A DNA stretch of 64,000 bases from the human T2T-CHM13v2.0 reference genome, Homo sapiens: the NCBI RefSeq assembly GCF_009914755.1, contig NC_060928.1; one strand, written 5' to 3'. Shown piece after piece: positions 27,917 to 38,689 of this stretch. The position numbers were made by a program, and so were the translations under genes. The notes beneath the pieces are model-generated. The model saw only the letters and a program-made list of their open reading frames with translations, was not told the DNA's origin and did no database searches. Within the stretch, counting starts at the first letter, position 1. Each line of letters starts with the position of its first letter.

Positions 27917-28368
27917 TGTCAGGCCTCTGAGCCCAAGCCAAGCCATTGCATCCCCTGTGACCTGCATGTATACGCCCAGATGGCCTGAAGTATCTGAAGA
28001 ATCACAAAAGAAGTGAATATGCCCTGCCCCACCTTAACTGATGACATTCCACCACAAAAGAAATGTAAATGGCGGTCCTTGCCTTAAGTGATGACATTAC
28101 CTTGTGAAAGTCCTTTTCCTGGCTCATCCTGGCTCAAAAAGCACCCCCACTGAGCACCTTGTGACCCCCACTCCTGCCCGCCAGAGAATAAATCCCCTTT
28201 GACTGTAATTTTCCTTTACCTACCCAAATCCTATAAAACGGCCCCACCCTTATCTCCCTTCGCTGACTCTCTTTTCGGACTCAGCCCGCCTGCACCCAGG
28301 TAAAATAAACAGCTATGTTGCTCACACAAAGCCTGTTTGGTGGTCTCTTCACACGGACACGCATGAAA
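27917..28368 (+). promoter_or_regulatory. 5' LTR7 (promoter): TATAAAA 28232-28238, AATAAA 28304-28309
   Basis: Matches the LTR7 consensus as I recall it; ~13 substitutions and 2 indels versus the 3' LTR by manual alignment. Confidence 0.95.
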
Positions 28369-28370
28369 TT

Positions 28371-28388
28371 TGGTGCCTTGACTCGGAT
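28371..28388 (+). other. Primer-binding site, tRNA-His
   Basis: TGGTGCCTTGACTCGGAT, 17/18 match to TGGTGCCGTGACTCGGAT. Confidence 0.92.
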
Positions 28389-28511
28389 CGGGGGACCTCC
28401 CTTGGGAGATCAATCCCCTGTACTCCTGTTCTGTGCTCCATGAGAAAGATCCACCTAGGACCTCAGGTCCTCAGACCCACCAGCCCAAGGAACATCTCAC
28501 CAATTTTAAAT

Positions 28512-28520
28512 CAGGTAAGC
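28512..28520 (+). promoter_or_regulatory. HERV-H major splice donor CAG|GTAAGC
   Basis: Near-consensus donor ~145 nt past the LTR; further donors AAG|GTAAGA (29555) and AAG|GTAAGT (30907). Confidence 0.75.
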
Positions 28521-28602
28521 GGCCTCTTCTTACTCTCTTCCCCAACCTCTCTCACTGTCCCTCAACCACTTTCTCCTTTCCACTCTTCAATCTCTCCCTT
28601 CC

Positions 28603-29191
28603 CTTAATTTCAATTCCTTTCATTTTCTGGGAGAGACAAAGGAGACACATTTTATCCGTGGACCCAAAACGCTGGCGCCAGTCACACTGGGAAGGCAGCC
28701 TTCCCTTGGTGTTTAATCCTTGCAGGGATGCCTCTCTGATTATACACCCACCTTTCAAGGGTGTCAGACCACGCAGGGACGCCTGCCTTGGTCCTTCACC
28801 CTTAGCGGCAAGTCCCGCTTTTCTGGGGAAGGGGCAAGTACCCCAACCCCTTCTCTCCTTGTCTCTACCCCTTCTCTGCTTTTCTGGGGACAGGGCTTAA
28901 TTTCAATTTGTTTCATTTTCTGGGAGAGACAAAGGAGACACATTTTATCCGTGGACCCAAAACTCCGGCGCTCGTCACGGAATGGGAAGGCAGCCTTCCC
29001 TTGGTGTTTAATCCTTGCAGGGATGCCTCTCTGATTATACACCCATGTTTCAAGGGTGTCAGACCACGCAGGGATGCCTGCCTTGGTCCTTCGTCCTTAG
29101 CGGCAAGTCCTGCTTTTCTGGGGAAGGGGCAAGTACCCCAACCCCTTCTCTCCTTGTCTCTACCCCTTCTCTGCTTTTCCAGGGACAGGGC
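28603..29191 (+). repeat. ~293-bp tandem duplication in the HERV-H leader
   Basis: cttaatttcaatt...gacagggc starts at 28603 and again at 28896. Confidence 0.95.
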
Positions 29192-29623
29192 AAGTACCCC
29201 AAACCCTTCTCTCCTTGTCTCTACCCCTTCTCTGCTTTTCTGGGAGAGGAGCAAGTACGCCTCAACCCCTTCTCTTTCACCCTTAGCGGCAAGTCCCGCT
29301 TTTCTGGGAGAGGGGCAAGTACGCCTCAACCCCTTCTCCTTCATTCTTAGCGGCAAGTCCCGCTTTTCTAGAGGAGGGGCAAGTACCCCAACCTCGTATC
29401 TCTGTGCCCCAATCCCTTATTTCCGCACCCCCTCTCTCTGCACCCCAATCCCTTATTTCCGTGCCCCGACCCCTTATTTCTGCACCCCATCCCTTATTTC
29501 CATGCCCCGACCCTTATCTCTAAGCTGCAACCCCTTTTCCCACTTTTCTGGAAGGTAAGAACCCCCAAACCCCTTCCCTCCGTTTCTCTACTCTCTCTTT
29601 TCGATAGGCTTGCTTCCTTCACT

Positions 29624-30830
29624 ATGGGCAAGCTTCCACCCTCCATTCCTCCTACTACTCCCTTGGTCTACGTTCTCAAAAACTTAAATTCAACGCACAC
29701 CTGACCTACAACCTAAATGCCTTATTTTCTTCTGCAATGCTGCTTGACCCCAATACAAACTCGACAATAGTTCCAAATTGCCAGAAAATGGCACTTTGAA
29801 TTTTTCCATCCTGCAAAATCTAAATAATTCTTGTCATAAAATAGGCAAACGGTCTGAGGTGCCTGATGTCCAGGCATTCTTTTACACATCAGTCCCTTCC
29901 TAGTCTCTGTACCCAGTGCAACTCATCCCAAATCTTCCTTCTTTCCCTCTCTCCTGTCCCCTCAGTACCAACCCCAAGCCTCGCTGAGTCTTTCTAATCT
30001 TCCTTTTCTACAGACCCATCTGACCTCTCCCTTCCTCCCCAGGCTGCTCCTCACCAGGCCGAGCTAGATCCCAATTCTTCCTCAGGCTCTGCTCCTCCAC
30101 CCTATAATCTTTTTATCACCTCCCCTCCTCACACCTGGTCTGGCTTACAGTTTCGTTCCGTGACTAGCCCTCCCCCTCCCGCCCAGCAATTTACTCTTAA
30201 AAAGGTGGCTGGAGATAAAGGCATAGTCAAGGTTAATGCTCCTTTTTCTTTATCCCAAATCAGATAGCGTTTAGGCTCTTTTTCATCAAATATAAAAATC
30301 CGGCCCAGTTCATGACTTGTTTGGCAGCAACCCTGAGACACTTTACAGCCCTAGACCCTAAAATGTCAAACGGCCATCTTATTCTCAAAATACATTTTAT
30401 TACCCAATCTGCTCCCGACATTAAATGAAACTCCAAAAATTAAATTCCGGCCCTCAAACCCCACAACAGGATTTAATTAACCTCGCCTTCAAGGTGTACA
30501 ATAATAGAAAAAAGTTGCAATTCCTTGCCTCCACTGTGAGACAAACCCCAGCCACATCTCCAGCACACAAGAACTTCCAAACGCCTGAACCGCAGCAGCC
30601 AGGCGTTCCTCCAGAACCTCCTCCCCAGGAGCTTGCCACAAGTGCCAGAAATCTGGCCACTGGGCCAAGGAATGCCCGCAGCCCGGAATTCCTCCTAAGC
30701 CGCATCCCATCTTTGTGGGACCCCACTGAAAATCGGACTGTTCAACTCACCTGGCAGCCACTCCCAGAGCCCCTGGAACTCTGGCCCAAGGCTCTCTGAC
30801 TGACTCCCTCTCGGCTTAGCGGCTGAAGAC
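29624..30830 (+). pseudogene. HERV-H gag remnant
   Basis: ATGGGCAAG start; CCHC knuckle CHKCQKSGHWAKEC at 30634-30675; many stops and frameshifts. Confidence 0.85.
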
Positions 30831-33050
30831 TGACACTGCCCGATTGCCTCGGAAGCCCCCTAGACCATCACGGACGCTGAGCTTCAGGTAACTCTCACAG
30901 TGGAAGGTAAGTCCGTCCCCTTCTTAATCAATACGGAGGCTACCCACTCCACATTACCTTCTTTTTAAAGGCCTGTTTCCCTCGCCTCCATAAATGTTGT
31001 GGGTATTGACGGCCAGGCTTCTAAACCTCTTACAACTCCCCAACTCTGGTGCCAACTTAGACAATACTCTTTTAAGCACTCCTTTTTAGTTATCCCCACC
31101 TGCCCAGTTCCCCTATTAGGCTGAGACACTTTAACTAAATTATCTGCTTCCCTGACTATTCCTGGACTACAGCTGTATCTCATTGCCTCTCTTCTTCCCA
31201 ATCCAAAGCCTCCTTTGCGTCCTCCTCTTGTATTCCCCCACCTTAACCCACAAGTATAAGATACCTCTACTCCCTCCTTGGTGACCGATCATGTACCCCT
31301 TACTATCTCATTAAAACCTAATCACCCTTACCCCACTCAACGCCAATATCCCATCCCGCAGCATGCTTTAAAAAGATTAAAGCCTGTTATCACTCTCCTG
31401 CTACAGCATGGCATTTTAAAGCCTATAAACTCTCCTTACAATTCCCCCATTTTACCTGTCCTAAAACCAGACAAGCCTTACAAGTTAGTTCAGGATCTGC
31501 GCCTTATCAACCAAATTGTTTTGCCTATCCACCCCACGGTGCCAAACCCATATACTCTCCTATCCTCAATACCTCCCTCCACAATCCATTATTCTGTTCT
31601 GGATCTCAAACATGCTTTCTTTACTATTCCTTTGTACCCTTAATCCCAGCCTCTTTTCGCTTTCACTTGCACTGACCCTGACACCCATCAAGCTCAGCAA
31701 ATTACCTAGGCTGTACTGCTGCAAAGCTTCACAGACAGCCCCCATTACTTCAATCAAGCCCAAATTTCTTCCTCATCTGTTACCTATCTCAGCATAATTC
31801 TCATAAAAACACACGTGCTCTCCCTGCCAATCGTGTCCGACTGGTCTCTCAACCCCAGCACCTTCTACAAAACAATAACTCCTTTGCTTCCTAGGCATAG
31901 TTAGTGCGGTCAGAATTCTTACAGAAGAGCTAGGACCACACCCTGTAGCCTTTCTGTCCAAACAACTTGACCTTACTGTTTTAGCCTAGCCCTCATGTCT
32001 GTGTGCAGCAGCTGCCGCTGCTTTAATACTTTTAGAGGCCCTCAAAATCACAAACTATGCTCAACTCAATCTCTACAGTTCTCATAACTTCCAAAATCTA
32101 TTTTCTTCCTCATACCTGACACATATACTTTCTGCTCCCCAGCTCCTTCAGCTGTACTCACTCTTTAAGTCCCACAATTACATTGTTCCTGGCCCAGACT
32201 TCAGTCTGGCCTCCCACATTATTCCTGATACCACACCTGACCCCCATGACTGTATCTCTCTGATCCACCTGATATTCACCCCATTTCCCCAAATTTCCTT
32301 CTTTCCTGTTCCTCACCCTGATCACGCTTGATTTATTGATGGCGGTTCCACCAGGCCTAATCACCACACACCAGCAAAGGCAGGCTATGCTATAGTACAA
32401 GCCACTAGCCCACCTCTCAGAACCTCTAATTTCCTTTCCATCATGGAAATCTATCCTCAAGGAAATCACTTCTCAGTGTTCCATCTGCTATTCTACTACT
32501 CCTCAGGGATTATTCAGGCCCCCTCCCTTCCCTACACATCAAGCTCGAGGATTTGCCCCTGCCCAGGACTGGCAAATTAGCTTTACTCAACATGCCCTGA
32601 GTCAGATAACTGAAATACCTCTTAGTCTAGGTAGACACTTTCACTGGATAGGTAGAGGCCTTTCCTACAGGGTCTGAGAAGGCCACCGCAGTCATTTCTT
32701 CCCTTCTGTCAACATAATTCCTCAGTTTAGCCTTCCCACCTCAATACAGTCTGATAACAGATGAGCCTTTATTAGTCAAATCAGCCAAGCAGTTTTTCAG
32801 GCTCTTAGTATTCAGCGAAACCTTTATATCCCTTACGGTCCTCCATCTTCAAGAAAAGTAGAACGGACTAAAGGTCTTTTAAAAACACACCTCACCAAGC
32901 TCAGCCACCAAATTAAAAAGGACTGGACAATACTTTTACCACTTTCGCTTCTCAGAATTCAGGCCTGTCCTCAGAATGCTACAAGGTACAGTCCATTTAA
33001 GCTCCTGTATAGATGCTCCTTTTTATTAGGCCCCAGTCTCATTCGACAAC
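30831..33050 (+). pseudogene. HERV-H pro-pol remnant
   Basis: Protease FLINTEAT (DTGA degenerate); RT motifs SPYNSPILPV, LVQDLRLIN, LDLKHAFF; YxDD region deleted near 31760; RNase H and integrase fragments. Confidence 0.9.
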
Positions 33051-33512
33051 AGACCAACTTAGACTGTGCCCCAAAAAAACTTGTCATCCCTACTATCTTT
33101 TGTCCAGTCATACTCCTATTCACCGTTCTCAACTACTCATACATGTCCTGCTCTTGTTTTCACTGCTGGTTTACACTGTTTCTCCAAGCCATCACAGCTG
33201 ATATCTACCTTTTATACCTGTTTTTCTCCTTCTCTTATTCCATTTAGTTTTTCAATTCGCACAAAACCGTATCCAGGCCATCACCAATCATTCTATACGA
33301 CAAATGTTTCTTCTAACAACCCCACAATATCACCCCTTACCACAAGACCTCCCTTCAGCTTAATCTCTCCCACTCTAGGTTCCCACGCCGCCCCTAATCC
33401 CGCTTGAAGCAGCCCTGAGTAACATCGCACATTCTCTCTCCATACCACCCCCCAAAAATTTTCACCACCCCAACACTTCAACAATATTTTGTTTTATTTT
33501 TCTTATTAATAT

Positions 33513-33525
33513 AAGAAGGCAGGAA
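33513..33525 (+). other. Polypurine tract
   Basis: aagaaggcaggaa immediately 5' of the 3' LTR. Confidence 0.9.
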
Positions 33526-33979
33526 TGTCAGGCCTCTGAGCCCAAGCCAAGCCATCGCATCCCCTGTGACCTGCATGTATACGCCCAGATGGCCTGAAGT
33601 ATCTGAAGAATCACAAAAGAAGTGAATATGCCCTGCCCCACTTTAACTGATGACATTCCACCACAGAAGAAATGTAAATGGCCGGTCCTTGCCTTAAGTG
33701 ATGACATTACCTTGTGAAAGTCCTTTTCCTGGCTCATCCTGGCTCAAAAAGCAACCCCACTGAGCATCTTGTGACCCCCCACTCCTGTCCACCAGAGAAC
33801 AAACCCCCTTTGACTGTAATTTTCCTTTACCTACCCAAATCCTATAAAACGGCCCCACCCTTATCTCCCTTCACTGACTCTCTTTTCGGACTCAGCCCGC
33901 CTGCACCCAGGTGAAATAAACAGCCATGTTGCTCACACAAAGCCTGTTTGGTGGTCTCTTCACACGGACGCGCATGAAA
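33526..33979 (+). promoter_or_regulatory. 3' LTR7 of provirus 1; AATAAA 33915-33920
   Basis: Direct repeat of 27917-28368. Confidence 0.96.
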
Positions 33980-34046
33980 ATAGCTATCATAAAAAATTCA
34001 ACAAAGAGACAGCTATCATACTAGCTATCTAGCATGTGGGGCATGC

Positions 34047-34172
34047 TACGGGCTGTGTCCATGGTCAGCTAGCATCTTGAGACTGTTGAGAGTATAATGC
34101 TATAAATTTCACTTCAATGCACTGATTAGCAATTTGGATCAAGATGAGTCTCCAGTTTTGGGGTTGCAGCAA
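34047..34172 (-). repeat. Inverted copy of 26818-26950
   Basis: gggctgtgtccatggtcagctagc...ctccagttttggggttgcagcaa is the reverse complement of ttgctgcaaccccaaaactggag...gctagctgaccatggacacagccc; ~13 substitutions and 3 gaps. Confidence 0.93.
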
Positions 34173-34205
34173 CCTCTACCATTCTTTAGGAAAGACCACA
34201 TTTAA

Positions 34206-37200
34206 GAAATCTTGCACTGAAGAGTTTAATGAATGAAATAAAAACACAATCTAAAGCTTCAACAATAGACTAGTCAAGCAGATGAAATAATATCTGAATT
34301 TGAAGACAGGTCTTTTGAAACAAACTCAGAAAAAAAACATAAAACCAAAAAGCCTATGTAGTATATGAGAAAATATTAAGTGAATGAATATTCACATTTC
34401 CTTAATTCTAAAAGGAGAAAAGATGAAAAAGAGCATAGAAAACCTATGTAATGAAATTGGAGCTACAAGTTTCCCAAGTTTGGGAAGATATAGGCATCTA
34501 GATACTTGAGGCCTAAATATCCCCAAATATAGTCAGCTCCAAAAGGTGCTGACCAAAGTGCATTATAGTTTTATGGTCAAAAGTCAAAGACTCAAAAAGA
34601 TAATTCTAAAAACAGCAAGAGAAAAGTGTCAAGTTACATGTAAGAGAATCACCATAGCACTAAAAATGGATTTCCCAGCAGAAATATTTCAGGCCAAGAA
34701 AGGATGAAATGGTATATTTATTGTGTTGAAAGAAAATAATTGTTATCTAATAATACTATACCAAGAAAAGTTATACTTAAGTAATGAAGGAATAATAAAT
34801 TACTTTTCAGACAAACAAAAACTAAGGGAATTCATCACTTGACTCACTCTATAAGAAACATTTAAGAGAATCCTTCATTTGGAAGAGAAAGGACATATCT
34901 GGCATCAGGAAAATGCTCAAAGTATAAAATTCACTAGTAGAACAGATAAAAAATGAGAAAGATAAAGGAATCAAGCACTATCACTACAGAAAACCACCAA
35001 ACCACAGAGATGAACAATAAGAAAGAAAGAAATAAAAGGTATACCAAAAAATCAGAAAACAATTAACAAAATGGCAAGAGTAAGTTCTAACCTATCAATA
35101 AGAAAATTGAATATAAATGGTATAAATTCTCAAATTAAAAGATATAGACTGGCTGAATTTTTTTAAATCTACCTATAAATAATACCCAACAACACCCAAA
35201 AGTATGCAACACTGGAGTATCCAGATATAGCAAATGTCATTAGCACTAAAGAGAAAGATAGACCCTAACAGAACAATGATTGTGGACATTCACATCCCAC
35301 TTACAGCATTTCACTAAACATGTAGATTAAAAAAATCAACACAGAAACACTGGACTTAAACTGCACTATGGAAAAAATTGATTTAACAAACATAGAACAT
35401 TTTATCCAACAGCTATAGAATTAACATTCTTCTCAGCAGAACATAGAATGTTATTTAGGAGAGACTATATTTTAGGTCATACTGTAAGTCTTGACACATT
35501 TAAAATAATCAAAATTATATTTAGTATCTTTTTAGATCACAATAAATTAAAACTAGAAATCAATAACAAAAGGAACTTTAGAAACCATGCAAATACATTG
35601 AAATTAAACAACATGCCCCTAAATGACCAACACATCTATAAAGAAATTAAGAAAAAATTTAAAAAATTTTCTTGAAACAAATTTGAATGGAAACAACATA
35701 TCAAAACCAGTGGCGTAAAACAGCAAGTTCTAAGAAGGAAAGTTATAGCAATAAATGCCTACATCATAAAAGTAGACATGTTTTGGCCAGGTACAGTTCC
35801 TGCCTGTAATCTCACTGCTTTTGGAGGCTGAAATTGGAGGATCACTTGAGGACAAGAGTTCAAGACCAGCCTGGACAATATAATGAAACCCCCATCTCGT
35901 AATTATTTGTATGTATATATATATTAGTTGGGCATGGTGTTGTGGTGGTGTGTTCCTATAGTCCTAGCTTGTGAGGAGGCTGTCGTAGAAGTATGGCATA
36001 AGCTCAGGAGTTCAAGGCTGTAGGGAGCTGTGATTGCACCATTGCTCTCCAGCCCGGGCAACAGAGCAAGATTCTGTCTCAAAAATAAAAGATCTTAGAT
36101 AAAAAAAAAAAACCTAATGGTGTACCTCAAGGAACTAGATAAGCAAGAACAAACCAAACCAAAATTAGTAGAAGGAAGGAAATAGGATCAGAGCAGAATT
36201 AAATGAAATAGAGACAAAAAGAATACAAGATATCAATGAAACAAAAAGTTGCTTTTTTTTAGAAAGATAAACAAAAGTGATAAACCATTAACTAGATTAA
36301 AAAAAAAGAGAGATTACCAAAATAAATAAAATCAGAAAAGAAAAAGGATATATAATAACTGACACCACAGCTATATAAAGGATAATTAGAGACTATTACA
36401 AACAACTGTACACCAAACAGTTGTGAAAGCCTAGAGTAAATGGATAAATTCCTGGACACACATAATTTACCAAGAGTGAACCATAAAGAAATAGAAAACC
36501 TGAGCAAATTAATAATCAGTAATGAGACTGAATGAGTAATGAAAAGTTCCCCAATAAAGTAAACCATAGTACTGGATGGCTTTACTGCTGAATTCTATCA
36601 AACTTTAAAATGAAAACTAATACCAATTCTTATTAAAGTATCCAAAAAAACTGAAGAGGAGGGGGGAGTTTTCCCAAACCTAATCTACAAGGCCAGCATT
36701 ACCCTGATACCAAAACCAGACAAAGAAACAACAAAACAAAACTACAGAACAGTATCCCTGATAAACATAGATCCTCAACAAAACACAAGCAAATCAAATC
36801 CAATAGCACATAAAAAAGATAACACACCATAATTAAGTGGGATTCATATGAAGGTGTAAGTATGGTTCAATATATACAAATCAATGAATGTGATATAATG
36901 TATCAATTAAATAAAGAATAAAAATCATGTAATTATCTCAGTAGATGTGGAAAAAGTATTTGATAAATTCAACATCCCTTCATGATAAAAACAGTCAACA
37001 AATTAGGCATAGAGGAAACATACCTCAACACAATAAAGGCCAAATATGACAAACCCACATGTAACTCATAATGAATAATAAAATAGTGAAAGCCTTTGTT
37101 CTAAGAAATGTAACAAGAAAAGGATGCTCACTTTCACGACTTTTATTCAGCATATACTAGAAGTCTTAGCCAGAGCAATTAGGCAAGAGAAAAAGAATAA

Positions 37201-37675
37201 AGCACATACAAATTGGAAAAGAGGAAGTCAAATTTTCTTTGACTTGAGGAAGAACATTTGAAAGAAATTGAAAAGGCAAAAAGAATGGAAAGACTTCTCA
37301 TGCATGTGAATTGAGAACAGTAATATTGTTAAAATGATCTAACTGTCCACAGCAGTCTACAGGTTTAATGCAATCCTTACAAATCTACCAATAACATTTT
37401 TCACAGGTATAGAAGAAAAAGGCAATTCTAAAATTTATGTGGAAACACAAAAGACCCCAAAAAGCCAATTAAACCCCAAAGAGCAAAAATAGCAATGCTA
37501 GAGGTATCACATCACATGTCTTCAAAATATACTACAAAGCTATAGTAAACAAATTAGCATGGTATTTGTGTTAAAACAGATGTGTAGACCAATAGAACAG
37601 AATCGAGAACCCAGAAATAAATCTACATATTTACAGCCAAGTGAAGTCAAGAACATACACTAGGGAAAGGACACC
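34206..37675 (+). mobile_element. Continuation of L1 (ORF1-ORF2), internally deleted and 3'-truncated
   Basis: ORF2 endonuclease-like peptide (DYILGH...IFLDHNKLKLEINNKRN) and RT region; no 3' UTR. Confidence 0.9.
35785..36090 (+). mobile_element. AluJ inserted in L1
   Basis: Diverged dimer with gaggatcacttgagg and ggagttcaaggctg J-type diagnostics; TA microsatellite in the linker. Confidence 0.9.
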
Positions 37676-38689
37676 AAAGATGACCCCATAGAATGGTATT
37701 TTGCAGACTTACCATTTGCCTCTATGTAAGTAACCTCATAAGTTATAGTCCATACAGCAAGAAAAACACAAGGCCGGGGTCAGAATGTAAGGCTGCCATA
37801 CAAATTACACAAAGAAATATGGAGTTGGAGACCTGCTTATTATAACACGCAAACCTAATCATATTTCACAATAATGTTCCTCTCTTCTGTCGTACTGGAA
37901 AAGTGCCTATGGATTAAAGTGTGTTCGGCGTGCAAAAGGATTGCTCCTGTTTTAACTTCTGCTGCTCGCCAGAGGTTATGAAAACCGTAAATCCTTCCAC
38001 ATTTGCACATACCACCCCTTCTCATTTTACTTCGACATCTACTTCTGCCAAGTCCCTACAGGCATATACTAAAGCTCCAGAACTTAAAACCATCATCTGG
38101 GTCCCAGATCACCAAAATAGCCCATTTTTTTTTTTCATATTCTAGGCTGAGATTTGTGTCCACTTCCTCAAATGCCTAAATTGTTGGGTCTTCCACATGA
38201 CAGGAATTTATTACCACCTGGGTGACAGTCTACCACACTGATTTGGCATAGTTACCACTGTTACAAGACTTCAAACTTCTCATTCAGCTTTAAGATTAGG
38301 AGAGACATCTTATCTCTCACTCAGATCCACCCTATTCTTTACAATCCAATATCTTCTACCTTTGAACAAAGATAAAATAGTAGTCCTCAGAAATTGCCCT
38401 GCACTTATAGCGTCATGGCACAGCCATCCTTATGACCACATTGACTGGCCAGCTAGTATATTTGGATTCAGCAACCTTACCAAAGGTATTTATTGCCTTG
38501 ATAGTGACTATATTAAATTTCTTTTTTTCCCAAACCTAGTCTCTCTTAACCTTACTATGAGGAAGAGAGTGATGATAAAGACTGGTAGATTAAGCTAGAT
38601 AGCAGCACTGTTTGGTGTCTGGGTTAATATATTGAAGGTAGCTCTTTCAGGAATTTTTCTTCTGGAAGTAATATGGAGCTGCAGGAAGG

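Larger units (their letters stand above)
27917..33979 (+). mobile_element. HERV-H provirus 1 (LTR7-internal-LTR7), defective deleted type, 6.06 kb
   Basis: Two ~453-bp LTRs (tgtcaggcctctgagccc...gcatgaaa), His-tRNA PBS, PPT, gag/pro/pol remnants; 5-bp TSD acagc (27912-27916) / atagc (33980-33984). Confidence 0.98.

Noticed and set aside
29200-29520. Repeat-spacer look of the leader repeats (CRISPR-like)
   Set aside because: Units are contiguous and degenerate with no unique spacers; they are the HERV-H leader repeats in a primate genome
28433-29558. Long ORFs (155, 216 and 147 aa) in the HERV-H leader, and 196 aa at 63396-63986
   Set aside because: They arise from C-rich, stop-poor tandem repeats, are open on both strands, mostly start at non-ATG codons and show no protein motif
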